DNA of 64,000 bases from a virus (lineage: Duplodnaviria > Caudoviricetes), in the IMG/VR virus record IMGVR_UViG_3300037467_001075, positions 1,820 through 65,819 of that record. One strand, 5' to 3'. Shown one piece after another: positions 54,869 to 63,898 of the stretch. Below the pieces are notes generated by a model. The model saw nothing but the letters and a program-made list of their open reading frames with translations, did no database searches and was not told the DNA's origin. The position numbers and the translations under genes were made by a program. Position 1 is the stretch's first letter, and every line of letters begins with the position of its first letter.

Positions 54869-55426
54869 ATGGAAAAATCTACAAGACGAAATGTCAAAGT
54901 GAAAATCCGGAAGCCAAAACTGGATGTAGACGAGTTCAATGCTCTGACGGATGTTCTATTCGAGCTCTTCAAAGAGAATGGCTCAAAGTGCGCCTACATG
55001 CTGGACATTTCTCGATCTACCTGGACAAAATGGACGACGAACCCTCCCCGGCAATGGTGGTGGAACTTGGTGCTCCGAGACGTCATCAAGTCTGCGATCA
55101 CAGGTCTTCACGGACGCAGAGGCTTCACAGCACGACACAGGCGCAAGGTGATGGAAGCGCTACAGCGAGTTCCACAGAGCGAAGAGTTTCTCGGCGTGAT
55201 AGAGGCCGAAACTTACAGTGTCGATGGCGCAGCTAATTTCTTACGCTTAACCCTCGGGCGGAAGGGAATGTTCTGGGACGAGCTCCGGAAGCCTGCAAAC
55301 TGCGGCGGCTATACGGAACGCGCGCTCCGAAAGGCAGCACGGATGATTGGGGTAGTCAAGACGCAGGAAGGTTTCGGCGACAACAAGCGCAGCTATTGGC
55401 GGCTGTCGAACGAGGACGACGACTGA
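54869..55426 (+). CDS. DNA-binding protein: N-terminal HTH plus C-terminal winged helix related to the primase-helicase C-terminus
   Basis: CAYMLDISRSTW; AANFL...L...RALRKAA...GV.K...G...W.L. Confidence 0.7.
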   Translation: MEKSTRRNVKVKIRKPKLDVDEFNALTDVLFELFKENGSKCAYMLDISRSTWTKWTTNPPRQWWWNLVLRDVIKSAITGLHGRRGFTARHRRKVMEALQRVPQSEEFLGVIEAETYSVDGAANFLRLTLGRKGMFWDELRKPANCGGYTERALRKAARMIGVVKTQEGFGDNKRSYWRLSNEDDD

Positions 55427-56604
55427 CCTATCGGCCGATGAAGTACCCTGCAGCTCCAGCGATCAGCACACATGACAGCAGGAAGACGTAGTGCTTGAAC
55501 TTGAGACCGCGGAAGAAGCCTAGACGAGCGAACAGCCACAGGATCCCGAGCCCGACGACTGTTCCAATGCCTCCGAGGATCGTTTGACCGAAAGCCTTTT
55601 GGCTATGCGATGTTGCGGCGATTGCGAGTCCAGAGACCTCATTCACCACGAGCAAGAATGCGAGGAACTTATACTTCATGATAGACTCCCTACGAACATT
55701 AAGGCCATGAGGCCAAAGAAGAATGCGAGCACGGCGATTTCGTCACGGGTGAAGGTCATAGCCTGTACTTCGCTTTCCGCGACTTGTTCCATAGCCTGAC
55801 AAATCGCCGCAATTCGTCCTGCGTGTAGCCCGAGAGCTCTTCGTCGAGTTGATCGACGCGCATCTGCAGGTCTTCAGCGTATTCGAGCTCGGCGCCTTCC
55901 AAGTCCTGCTTCAGCAACAGTCGCTTGAGCTTCTTGTCGAGGTCACGGCGCTCGAGCACCATGTTGCCCATCGCAATTTCGTTGGCTGTGGCCTTTTCGA
56001 GTTCGGTGCGCTTGTCCTTGCGCTTCGCGTCGGCTTCCCGACGGTACTTGCCCGAGTAGATATTCTTCAGGTTCTCGTTGATGCGCCGGCGAAGCTCACG
56101 TTCCCGTTCTTGCTTGTCGGTCGTGTTATACCCGAACGCATGGTCTCTGAAGATGCTCACGACGGCTCCTTGATCTGGAATGGGATCAGCGTCATAGCGC
56201 GACGGCCGTGAAGTTCGCCGTAAGCGTCGGCCTGCCGGATGACGTCTTCGGGACTGTCGCCCATGAATGAGGTTCCGTAGGCGTTCACGAACCAGGGATC
56301 CACGAACGTTACGACCAATCCGTCCATAGGAAACGACAGGTCCATGATGTTGGGATCATTCCTCATGCGGACATCTCGGGCGCGAACGGCACGGTCAGCT
56401 CGTTGCCGTATTGGCCGACGAAGCGGAAGCATTCGTCATCGGATCCAACGTCCATATGGAAGTTCAGGATCGTTCCGCCCGGCAGGTGAACACCAATGTC
56501 CCAGACTTCGTCACCCTCATGGACATCGATGCGCGGTGCATCGGGATAGTACCGACGGAACTCGGAACGGAGGTAAGCATGGACATCAAACATTTCAAGT
56601 CTCC

Positions 56605-56655
56605 ATCGCGTTGTTGCGATACGGACATTATATGCGCGTGGCTACCAGCATGCAA
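56605..56655 (-). promoter_or_regulatory. Sigma70 promoter with leader hairpin (copy 3)
   Basis: TTGCAT-17-TATAAT-6-ATCGC AACAAC GCGAT. Confidence 0.75.
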
Positions 56656-57696
56656 CCATTATTCGCCAGTGATTTCTTCACCATCATCGTCTGGATGATA
56701 ATCTTTCCAGAGCGACAGGAACGGCTCAGTCAAGACGATGCCGGGATCATCGACATCCTTTCCGCATAGCAGTTCCATGTAGAGCTCGAATAGACCACGA
56801 GCACCCTCGCAGTCGTTCATCTGCACGAACAGACTCTCTACGATCTGGTCGGACAGCTGCCGTTCACGTTCAAGACGGCGTTGAATACGACCATGTCCGC
56901 CGGGCAACGGCTGCGAACGGATCTGTTTCAATTCCTCATAAGGCTCTAATGGCATTGCGTCCTCCAGTTCTTCTCCATCTGGACGGCCGTGTCATAAGCG
57001 TCCTGTGGATCCGTTGTGTAGTATGCGACGGCTTCCTCGCGATCCTTCGACAGACCGCGGAACGTTACCCGCAATTCATCAGGGTCGAAGGTCTCGAGCC
57101 GAGCCTTCACATGCGGGAGCTTGTTGATTTCCGTCACGGCATGGGTCTTGAAGCGGATTTCCATCATATCACCCACAGATGAATACGCAGCAGGTCTCGG
57201 CGACGGCCTGAGCAATCGGATAGATCAGCTCAGGACGATCATCGCCATATCCGCGGCGCACATGATATTGGAGAACGGCACCCGCGTCGATTGCGGCCTT
57301 GCAATCATCACCACAGGTGCTGTCGAGCGGCATGGAGCTGAGCGCGTCACGGACGGATTGGTCCGAGTGACACCCAAGATAGTCGTGAAAGGCTATCTCG
57401 AAATAATCGCGCACGGTCATTAGCAGCTTCCCACGGGCCATGCGCCGCAATCGTTAGCGAACGCGGACTCGGCCTGCGCGGTGCGGAAGTCGAGTTCGGC
57501 CTGTTGTTCGATGTAGTTGACGGCAAGCGGCCGTTCGGTGCGATGAGCAACCACGTTGCCGGAGTTGCGGATCACATAACCGTCGCCCGTGCGTTCGATC
57601 TGATAATGAACGCCGGTCTCGTTGCACCGGAAATCGTCGAGACGGTCAGACAACTTGCGGCAGGTAAAGGTCACGGACATGGTCAATTCCTTTCGT

Positions 57697-57747
57697 GTTG
57701 CGTCGTTGCAACCTGGACATTATACGATCCTGGTGACTATCAATCAA
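57697..57747 (-). promoter_or_regulatory. Sigma70 promoter with leader hairpin (copy 4)
   Basis: TTGATT-17-TATAAT-6-GTTGC AACGAC GCAAC. Confidence 0.8.
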
Positions 57748-58488
57748 CTGTCCAATTCTGATTTATCCTCGACCCGAGGACCAATGACCTTCAGCCCAAG
57801 CTTGATTGAGTAGGTCTCGAAGCTTCTTCGCATTGTCAGCGCGGGTTCGTGTTGCGACTACGTAGCGATCACCGCCCAGCGGTGCACGATAGACGACTGC
57901 GTAGACATCAGGATCAACACCGGCGAGCTCTCCCGCAACTGCCTCATACGGGCTATACAGCTTCGTAGATCGTTTGATAGCCGCGTCATGGAGTGACTTG
58001 CTGTCGTGCTTGTCCATCACTACGCTACGTTGTCTTGGCACGTTGCGCCTCCAAAGCTTTCTTCCACAGGAATTCTGTGCACTCGTTGCCCGGGTGATGA
58101 TACGGCGTGGCTTCGAACCCAGCCTCTACAGCTCTCGATACGCAGGTATCACACAGCCAAACGTTGGGTGCGGATATCTTACGCAGACAGCCGGCGCACT
58201 CATTCGGTTCGGGATCAAACGTCGTCATCACGGACCAATCTCGCGAACCGCGAACGGTCGCCATGCTTGTTGTAGAAGTAGACGTGGATGATGAACGGCT
58301 CATCACCATCGTCGAGTTCATATCTGAACTCAAGTTCACCGAGTGGCGGATGCTCATCTGTGGAGATATACGCATCGGCCCGATCCTGCAACAGCTCACG
58401 CAGTTCTTCGAGCGTCTCGACATCGTAGTGCCCCGGTCCACCAACCTTATGGGACTTTTGAACTATCCAACGGGTCTTCATATGTTCC

Positions 58489-58986
58489 TCACTTGATCCC
58501 GACCAATTTCTTGATCTTCGCCACTTCCTTCGGTGCGAACGCCCAACCATATTCAGGCTTCTCGAAGTTCGCTCGCAATATCGCTCGCGCATCGCTCGCA
58601 GCGACGCCTGAGGCAGCGCACAGCTCAGTGATCGTCACGTAACCGTCAGGACGCTGCGCTCGTGATACACGCTTAGCCCCCGGGCGGTCCTTCGACGCCT
58701 TGGCGTCAGCGACCTCGGGCTCATCCTTCACATGCACCTCATCCCATGTGCCATACTTGAAGCGAAGGATCCATTGCAGGCGTTCGTCCGGCAGTTGCCA
58801 GTCGGTCGACGGCGCAGCACGGATCTGATCCATCTGCTGCGATTTGACAGTGAACCCCTCGGGCAGGTTGTGCTCCATTCGCTCGAGCCATACCTTAGCA
58901 TGGGATGCGTCGTCGAACTTAACGATGTGGTCACGCGGATAGATATCCGGTGCTCGGTGACCTCGGGCATAGAGAACGAACGTCAT
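58489..58986 (-). CDS. DNA-binding protein with C-terminal HTH (paralogue of 38284-39006)
   Basis: LRFKYGT and GYVTITEL...AR..LR...KPEYGWAF. Confidence 0.75.
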   Translation of the reverse strand: MTFVLYARGHRAPDIYPRDHIVKFDDASHAKVWLERMEHNLPEGFTVKSQQMDQIRAAPSTDWQLPDERLQWILRFKYGTWDEVHVKDEPEVADAKASKDRPGAKRVSRAQRPDGYVTITELCAASGVAASDARAILRANFEKPEYGWAFAPKEVAKIKKLVGIK

Positions 58987-58996
58987 AGCTTTCTCC

Positions 58997-59047
58997 GTCG
59001 CGTGATTGCAACATGGGCATTATGAATGTGCGGATGCCAAGAGTCAA
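58997..59047 (-). promoter_or_regulatory. Sigma70 promoter with leader hairpin (copy 5)
   Basis: TTGACT-17-CATAAT-6-GTTGC AATCAC GCGAC. Confidence 0.8.
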
Positions 59048-59645
59048 CCGCTTATTTCTGTCATGCGGGTCATCAGCAACTCAATGGTCCGCTGCAGGAT
59101 CAAGAGCTCTGTGGTGTTGCCCGCCAGACCGATCATACCCTTCTCATACGGATGGTTATTGATGAGCTGGGTATCCTCGTGGCGAGACTTGATGCCTAAG
59201 CTTTCACTCTCGCCCATTGCTACGCAGACTGCCATGCCTTCGACGAAGCCCGCGCCGACCACAGGTGCAGTTCCTCGTTCGAGCATTTGCTCGAGCTGTC
59301 GCGGTCGTAGATCCTTCTTGGGATCGTTCGCTTCGATCACCAACTGCATAGCGCCGGCGACGAACGAATGGACCAAGTCGTCTGGAAAGATGACCGGCAC
59401 GAACCGATCCCGTTCCAGATCGTGCAGCATGATATACTTCCAAGCCATTACAGACCCCTCATCGCTTCCTTAACCTTGTTCTGGATGTCATCCCATTGCT
59501 CAGCAACTTGAGCAGCGTCACCGTGAGAGATATCTATCTCTTCCTGGATGATCGCAGTGCGGATGGCCTTCTCTGCTTCCTTGATGTCCGTGTAGGTGAC
59601 ATCATCCACAATGAAGGCCATGGTCTTGACGACCTTCGGCATCAA
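59044..59645 (-). other. Two hypothetical CDS (59044-59448, 59448-59645)
   Basis: Coupled ORFs; first has PVIFP..LVH, GAGF, GESESL motifs. Confidence 0.65.
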
Positions 59646-60502
59646 CGTATCTCCTTCCTGAGCTGAACGCTGTCGCCGGCGGCAAAGCCTGCGCTCGATC
59701 CGCTTCCCATCGGTAGTCTGCGAGGCCGAGGCCCCTTGCGTCGAGCTGCTGCTCGAGCATCCTTCTTGCGCTGAGCCTCGAGTGCCTTGTCTTCCTGCTC
59801 GCGTTCGTAGGGCGTCAGTGCAGCGCGGCGTTCTTCTTCCCGGCGCTGACGTTCGAGACGCTGCTGCTCCCAGCGGGCCTCTTCTTCCGGCGTCGGCTTG
59901 TAGTAGTCCGCAATCTCCTGGCGCAGGGTCTTGAAGTAGTCCTGAACCACGAGCGCTGTCGAACCTGTGGTCTTCTGAGCCACTTCGTTGTTGAACTGCA
60001 TTTCCCGCATCAGCTTGATGGCTCGCTCATTAACGCGGTATGCACAGGCAGCTTTGAACGTGCGGCGATACTCCGCCCGAGCAGCTTGCGTCATTCCGCG
60101 AGGCAGACTCTGCTTGTAGAGCAACTCGACCTGACGCATGAGCCAGAACGCAGTCTGTTCAGCGAGCTCGATGTTCTCCTCGCGGCCGATGAAGTAGCAG
60201 CCGCTCTTGCCGTGATTGTAGGTGTAGAGCTCGCAGCCATACAACTCGCCGGCTGCTTGGAACGCGAGGACCTGGTGTATCTTCCAGGCCTGATTGAAGG
60301 CTTTCTTCGTTGCCTTCCGCTTCGTAGTACCGCCTGTGGCGGCTTGGATCGACGACAGTTCGATACCCAAACGGGTAGCGATTGCCGCGGCCATGGACAT
60401 TGCCGTTTCCTGCTCGTCCTCTGAACAGCCGTTCTCGACGGTCATGTTCATCAGCTTCGCTATCTTGGCTTTGGCCTTGGCGATTTCTTCAAGATCGGAC
60501 AT
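59642..60502 (-). CDS. DUF2786-family protein
   Basis: KI.KL......G.SE.E...A N-terminus; C-terminal G..AG..V.L. Confidence 0.75.
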   Translation of the reverse strand: MSDLEEIAKAKAKIAKLMNMTVENGCSEDEQETAMSMAAAIATRLGIELSSIQAATGGTTKRKATKKAFNQAWKIHQVLAFQAAGELYGCELYTYNHGKSGCYFIGREENIELAEQTAFWLMRQVELLYKQSLPRGMTQAARAEYRRTFKAACAYRVNERAIKLMREMQFNNEVAQKTTGSTALVVQDYFKTLRQEIADYYKPTPEEEARWEQQRLERQRREEERRAALTPYEREQEDKALEAQRKKDARAAARRKGPRPRRLPMGSGSSAGFAAGDSVQLRKEIR

Positions 60503-60513
60503 CGTTATCCTCC

Positions 60514-60564
60514 GTTGCGTGATTGCAACCTGTAGGTTATCGCATAGTGGTCACCGGCGATCAA
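60514..60564 (-). promoter_or_regulatory. Sigma70 promoter with leader hairpin (copy 6)
   Basis: TTGATC-17-GATAAC-6-GTTGC AATCAC GCAAC. Confidence 0.75.
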
Positions 60565-60594
60565 CTCGCCAGTGCCACTATATTCTGCGACCGG

Positions 60595-61287
60595 TTACTT
60601 GAGGATCTTGGCGATTGCCGCCTTCGCCGACTTCGGGAACGTCCAGCGTTCACCCTTGACAGGCTTCGGATAGTTGTCCTTGCCTTCGTAGCGGCGCATC
60701 TTCGCTCGAGCGATCTTCGGGTCGATGTTGAGTTCGCGGGCGATGTCGGCGACTGTGACTTCATCCGCGTTCTTCTCCCGTGACTTGGCAGTCTTGCCTT
60801 CGGCCTTGCGCTTCGCCTGCTTGTCGGCGATGTGCTGCTTCTGGCGCTTGCCCTTCGCAGTCTTCGGATCGAGGTCACCCTTGCGGCGCTTCGCCTCGTC
60901 CTTGATCTGCTGCTTGTCCTCGGGACTGAGCTGTGCAGCTTCGGCCTTCTTGTCCTTCTTCTCCTTCTCGCGAATGTCGCGGACTGCCTTGCGAGAATGA
61001 TGAGCATAGCTTTCCGTGTCGAGACCGCGAGCGAGTGACGGCTTGCCGTTCGTCTTCGTCGGTTCCTTCTTCGGTGCCGGCTCCTCGACGGGACGAGCTG
61101 CAGCGACCTCAGGATCTTCGATCACGGGCTCAGCGTCAGGATTTGCGCCGGGCAGTGCGTCGGTGAAGCCTGCGTCCTCGAGTGTCTTCACCGCTTCGTC
61201 GAGCTTTGACTGATCGGCTTTCCATGCCTTCAGTTCTTTCTTACCCGCGTTGACGCGCAGGCGGTTTAACTTCGCCAAGTCGTTCAT
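60595..61287 (-). CDS. Lys-rich protein with C-terminal HTH
   Basis: VTVADIARELNIDPKIARAKMR...PKP...WTF; GGAGG RBS. Confidence 0.75.
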   Translation of the reverse strand: MNDLAKLNRLRVNAGKKELKAWKADQSKLDEAVKTLEDAGFTDALPGANPDAEPVIEDPEVAAARPVEEPAPKKEPTKTNGKPSLARGLDTESYAHHSRKAVRDIREKEKKDKKAEAAQLSPEDKQQIKDEAKRRKGDLDPKTAKGKRQKQHIADKQAKRKAEGKTAKSREKNADEVTVADIARELNIDPKIARAKMRRYEGKDNYPKPVKGERWTFPKSAKAAIAKILK

Positions 61288-61302
61288 TTGATGTGCCTCC
61301 AC

Positions 61303-61357
61303 ATTGCGTCGTGATTGACGCAACTGCCACTATAAACACCTGGCAACCCGGCGTCAA
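61303..61357 (-). promoter_or_regulatory. Sigma70 promoter with leader hairpin (copy 7, longer stem)
   Basis: TTGACG-17-TATAGT then TTGCGTC AATCAC GACGCAA. Confidence 0.8.
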
Positions 61358-61471
61358 TCGACTATTTGCCACTACTGGCATTTTCTGGTGCAGATTAAGT
61401 CAGGATGCGGTGGTTGACGAACGGTGACCAGTGCGCGATTATATGACTTCCACTGAGAGGAGGTGATGTGT

Positions 61472-61588
61472 ATGCTTCCAGGTCCGAATGATCCGCCCGG
61501 CACGGGTGACTCACCGGAACCCGTTGAGACCCCGAGCGATGAGCCCGATACGTCTCATCCCGACCCTCAGCCTGATACGAACGACTGA
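61472..61588 (+). CDS. Acidic Pro-rich peptide (38 aa, not in ORF track)
   Basis: TTGACG-17-GATTAT promoter, SD AGGAGGTGAT; MLPGPNDPPGTGDSPEPVETPSDEPDTSHPDPQPDTND. Confidence 0.6.
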   Translation: MLPGPNDPPGTGDSPEPVETPSDEPDTSHPDPQPDTND

Positions 61589-61730
61589 TCGCCGGCGCCG
61601 CGGAGTGCATCAATGACCTGGATCAAAACCTTGCCCCGAACATTCGCCTGATCTACGCGGGGCTCAAGACGGATCAGGACCCCTTCGAGTCTACCAAACG
61701 AGGGTCTCATGCCAGGAAAGCATGGGACCC

Positions 61731-63647
61731 TCACTCTTCAGTATCATCCTCGTCATCGGATTTGATTTCCCACGTCTCAACGCGATCCTTACCTTTTCCT
61801 CGCGTCTTCTTCGTGACGTTCATCTTCGAGGCTGCACGATCAATCATCTTTTGAGAGATGGACCGTTTCTCACCCATCCTATACAGCTTCTGTATGTCGG
61901 TTGGAGCATTGGTGATCGTGCCCTCGAGAAATTCCATTGCATCCTGCATCCCGGTTCCCTGCTTGCCTTCGGCTCGTGCCTCAGCAGCGGCGTCCATGAT
62001 TTCCTGCGATGACAGGTTAACGAAGTCACCCCATACAAACTCTGATGCACCCTTCTTCCGTTCTTCGATGCGGAACGTCAATGCCTGTGGAGGCTTAGCG
62101 AAGTTCATCTTAGTGATTGCCATTGCGCGGGTGTCAGTGTCATCGGGATCGACGCCCACAGACATAACGACACGAGCGAGACCGGCAAACGTGATCGATC
62201 CCTGTCCTCGATAGATCGCTGATCCCCCGCCCTTCACAAGGTGACGCAACACAAGCACCGAGCAGTTGAAGTCCCGAGCTAGCTGCATGAAGAACCCGAA
62301 TGCTTGAGCTACCTCCGATCCCTTATGAGTGTCCGCCTTACCAATGTAGGTGTTGAGTGTGTCGAAGACGGCTAGGGCAGGCTTGATGCGTTCAAACTCT
62401 TCATAGATATAATCCTTCGCATCCTCATCATCGATGCTGAATGGTTGCTGCACCACGTTATACATGCCGGAGAAGTCGGTGAAACCGTTCTGTGTTAATC
62501 GAGGCTTGGTAACTGAGCCTGCGCTGTTCTCCATGTCGAAATAGACAACGGGCCCAGTAACCTTCGGTGATCCCTTATAGGGACTAATCAGTCTGCGACC
62601 TGTAGCAATCGACCCTGCCACCATCTGTGCTAGGTAGCTCTTCCCCAATCCTGGGTCACCCTCGAGGATCGACACTTCACCTCGTGCAAGGTAAGGACGC
62701 CAGATGAAGTCAAGCTCTTCCTGCTTCACATCGTCCATCGACTCGAACCGAATGAACCCGTGAGGACGCTTCTCCTCTTCGGACTCTTCGTCATCTGCCT
62801 TCCTGTGGCGCTTATCAGCACCTTTGGGTTTCTCTTTGAATTGGTGCTCAACGATCTTCGACAGTTCACGCCTCAGTTGCGCGTCCTCGTTGCGGCGTCC
62901 CTTGAACTTGTTCCAGGCTGATCCCTTGATAACAGCGAACGCTTCCTCGAGTGTCATACCTGACTCAACGCAAGCATTCTCCAATTTCCATAGCATTTCA
63001 GATCGATCAGCCCTCCCGGTGATCTTCTTCGCTAGCAGTTCACGCCGAACCCACCTAGGTAGCTTTCCCTGATACAGCTCGAATACCTCGGCGGCTGAGA
63101 GGTTCTCACCTTCTTCCTCGGGATCTTCTTCAGGCAGATACTTCTCGATGCGCTTGGTTGACCACGTTGGTCCGTCATCCCACAGGACGCGCACCTTTGG
63201 TTGTGAGCTATACTTGTAATTCCTTGTGCCCGGGAAGCGCAGAACCTGCGTCAAATCCCATCCGCCGTGATCCGCGTCTAGATGATATGTCAGTCGACGG
63301 TTGAGCGACTCCGTCATCTGATCTTTCAATACCCACAGGCCGACGAACCTGCCCGGCGATGACTCAATAGCCACCGTCGGCTTTGGCTTCATGCCGTTAG
63401 GATCAGCAAAGTCAAGATCAGCCCAAAGCAGATTGGGAAGAACAGCCTCTCCCTTCTGACGAACGCGACGATTGAAGCCGTGCGGACAGAAGTAGATGTC
63501 CTTATCATCGTTGTCCCTCAGAAACTTACGGATTGAGCCAAACTCGTCGGGTGCAAAGAAGTGATCCTTCCAGTTACCGCTTCCCGATTTAGTTGATATG
63601 CAGAAGAATTTGCCTGGTTGTTCTGCCCAAATACGCGTGATTAGCAC
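61731..63647 (-). CDS. Primase (RepB-type prim-pol) / AAA_25 helicase fusion
   Basis: LWADLD, ESSPGR, D...VLR.PGT.N.KY; GDPGLGKS Walker A; LRHL.K; C-terminal winged helix. Confidence 0.92.
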   Translation of the reverse strand: MLITRIWAEQPGKFFCISTKSGSGNWKDHFFAPDEFGSIRKFLRDNDDKDIYFCPHGFNRRVRQKGEAVLPNLLWADLDFADPNGMKPKPTVAIESSPGRFVGLWVLKDQMTESLNRRLTYHLDADHGGWDLTQVLRFPGTRNYKYSSQPKVRVLWDDGPTWSTKRIEKYLPEEDPEEEGENLSAAEVFELYQGKLPRWVRRELLAKKITGRADRSEMLWKLENACVESGMTLEEAFAVIKGSAWNKFKGRRNEDAQLRRELSKIVEHQFKEKPKGADKRHRKADDEESEEEKRPHGFIRFESMDDVKQEELDFIWRPYLARGEVSILEGDPGLGKSYLAQMVAGSIATGRRLISPYKGSPKVTGPVVYFDMENSAGSVTKPRLTQNGFTDFSGMYNVVQQPFSIDDEDAKDYIYEEFERIKPALAVFDTLNTYIGKADTHKGSEVAQAFGFFMQLARDFNCSVLVLRHLVKGGGSAIYRGQGSITFAGLARVVMSVGVDPDDTDTRAMAITKMNFAKPPQALTFRIEERKKGASEFVWGDFVNLSSQEIMDAAAEARAEGKQGTGMQDAMEFLEGTITNAPTDIQKLYRMGEKRSISQKMIDRAASKMNVTKKTRGKGKDRVETWEIKSDDEDDTEE

Positions 63648-63820
63648 GAGGCCTGTTCCTTCTTGAGCCGCTCGACCTCTGCTACAGGAACAAGCTTTAT
63701 GCGTCCAAACTCTTGCGCTTCGACCTTACCTCGGGCGATGCGTTGCAGGAGCGTCTTATATTTGATCCCGGTGGCTTTGGATGCTGCCTCCACCGAGTAG
63801 AAATCTGATAGGCGTTTCAA
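63641..63820 (-). CDS. HTH_17 / excisionase-like DNA-binding protein (59 aa, not in ORF track)
   Basis: TTG start; FYSVEAASKATGIKYKTL..RI.RG.V.A...G...LVP..EVERL; stop overlaps primase start. Confidence 0.75.
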   Translation of the reverse strand: MKRLSDFYSVEAASKATGIKYKTLLQRIARGKVEAQEFGRIKLVPVAEVERLKKEQASC

Positions 63821-63830
63821 GATGCCCCCG

Positions 63831-63881
63831 TTGACACTGGCGAATTCTGGGAATATAACACCGGTTGTCGACTCAAGTCAA
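63831..63881. promoter_or_regulatory. Overlapping divergent sigma70 promoters
   Basis: + TTGACA-17-TATAAC (63831-63859); - TTGACT-18-TATATT (63881-63852). Confidence 0.7.
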
Positions 63882-63898
63882 CAAGCGGGGTTCCCCAA

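Larger units (their letters stand above)
55428..58481 (-). other. Cluster of about twelve small early hypothetical CDS (55428-55679, 55756-56160, 56157-56432, 56363-56593, 56659-56955, 56946-57167, 57169-57420, 57420-57680, 57763-58041, 58215-58481)
   Basis: Head-to-tail ORFs downstream of hairpin-leader promoters. Confidence 0.6.

Noticed and set aside
61585-61730. Hammerhead ribozyme, tRNA or tmRNA-like element
   Set aside because: No CUGANGA/GAAA core arrangement, no T-loop/CCA or cloverleaf recognisable; no tRNA seen anywhere in the window by eye
63641-63820. Excisionase implying a temperate lifestyle
   Set aside because: No integrase, partition genes or CI-like repressor with peptidase domain in the window; HTH_17 genes are common beside phage primases (unseen gap not excluded)
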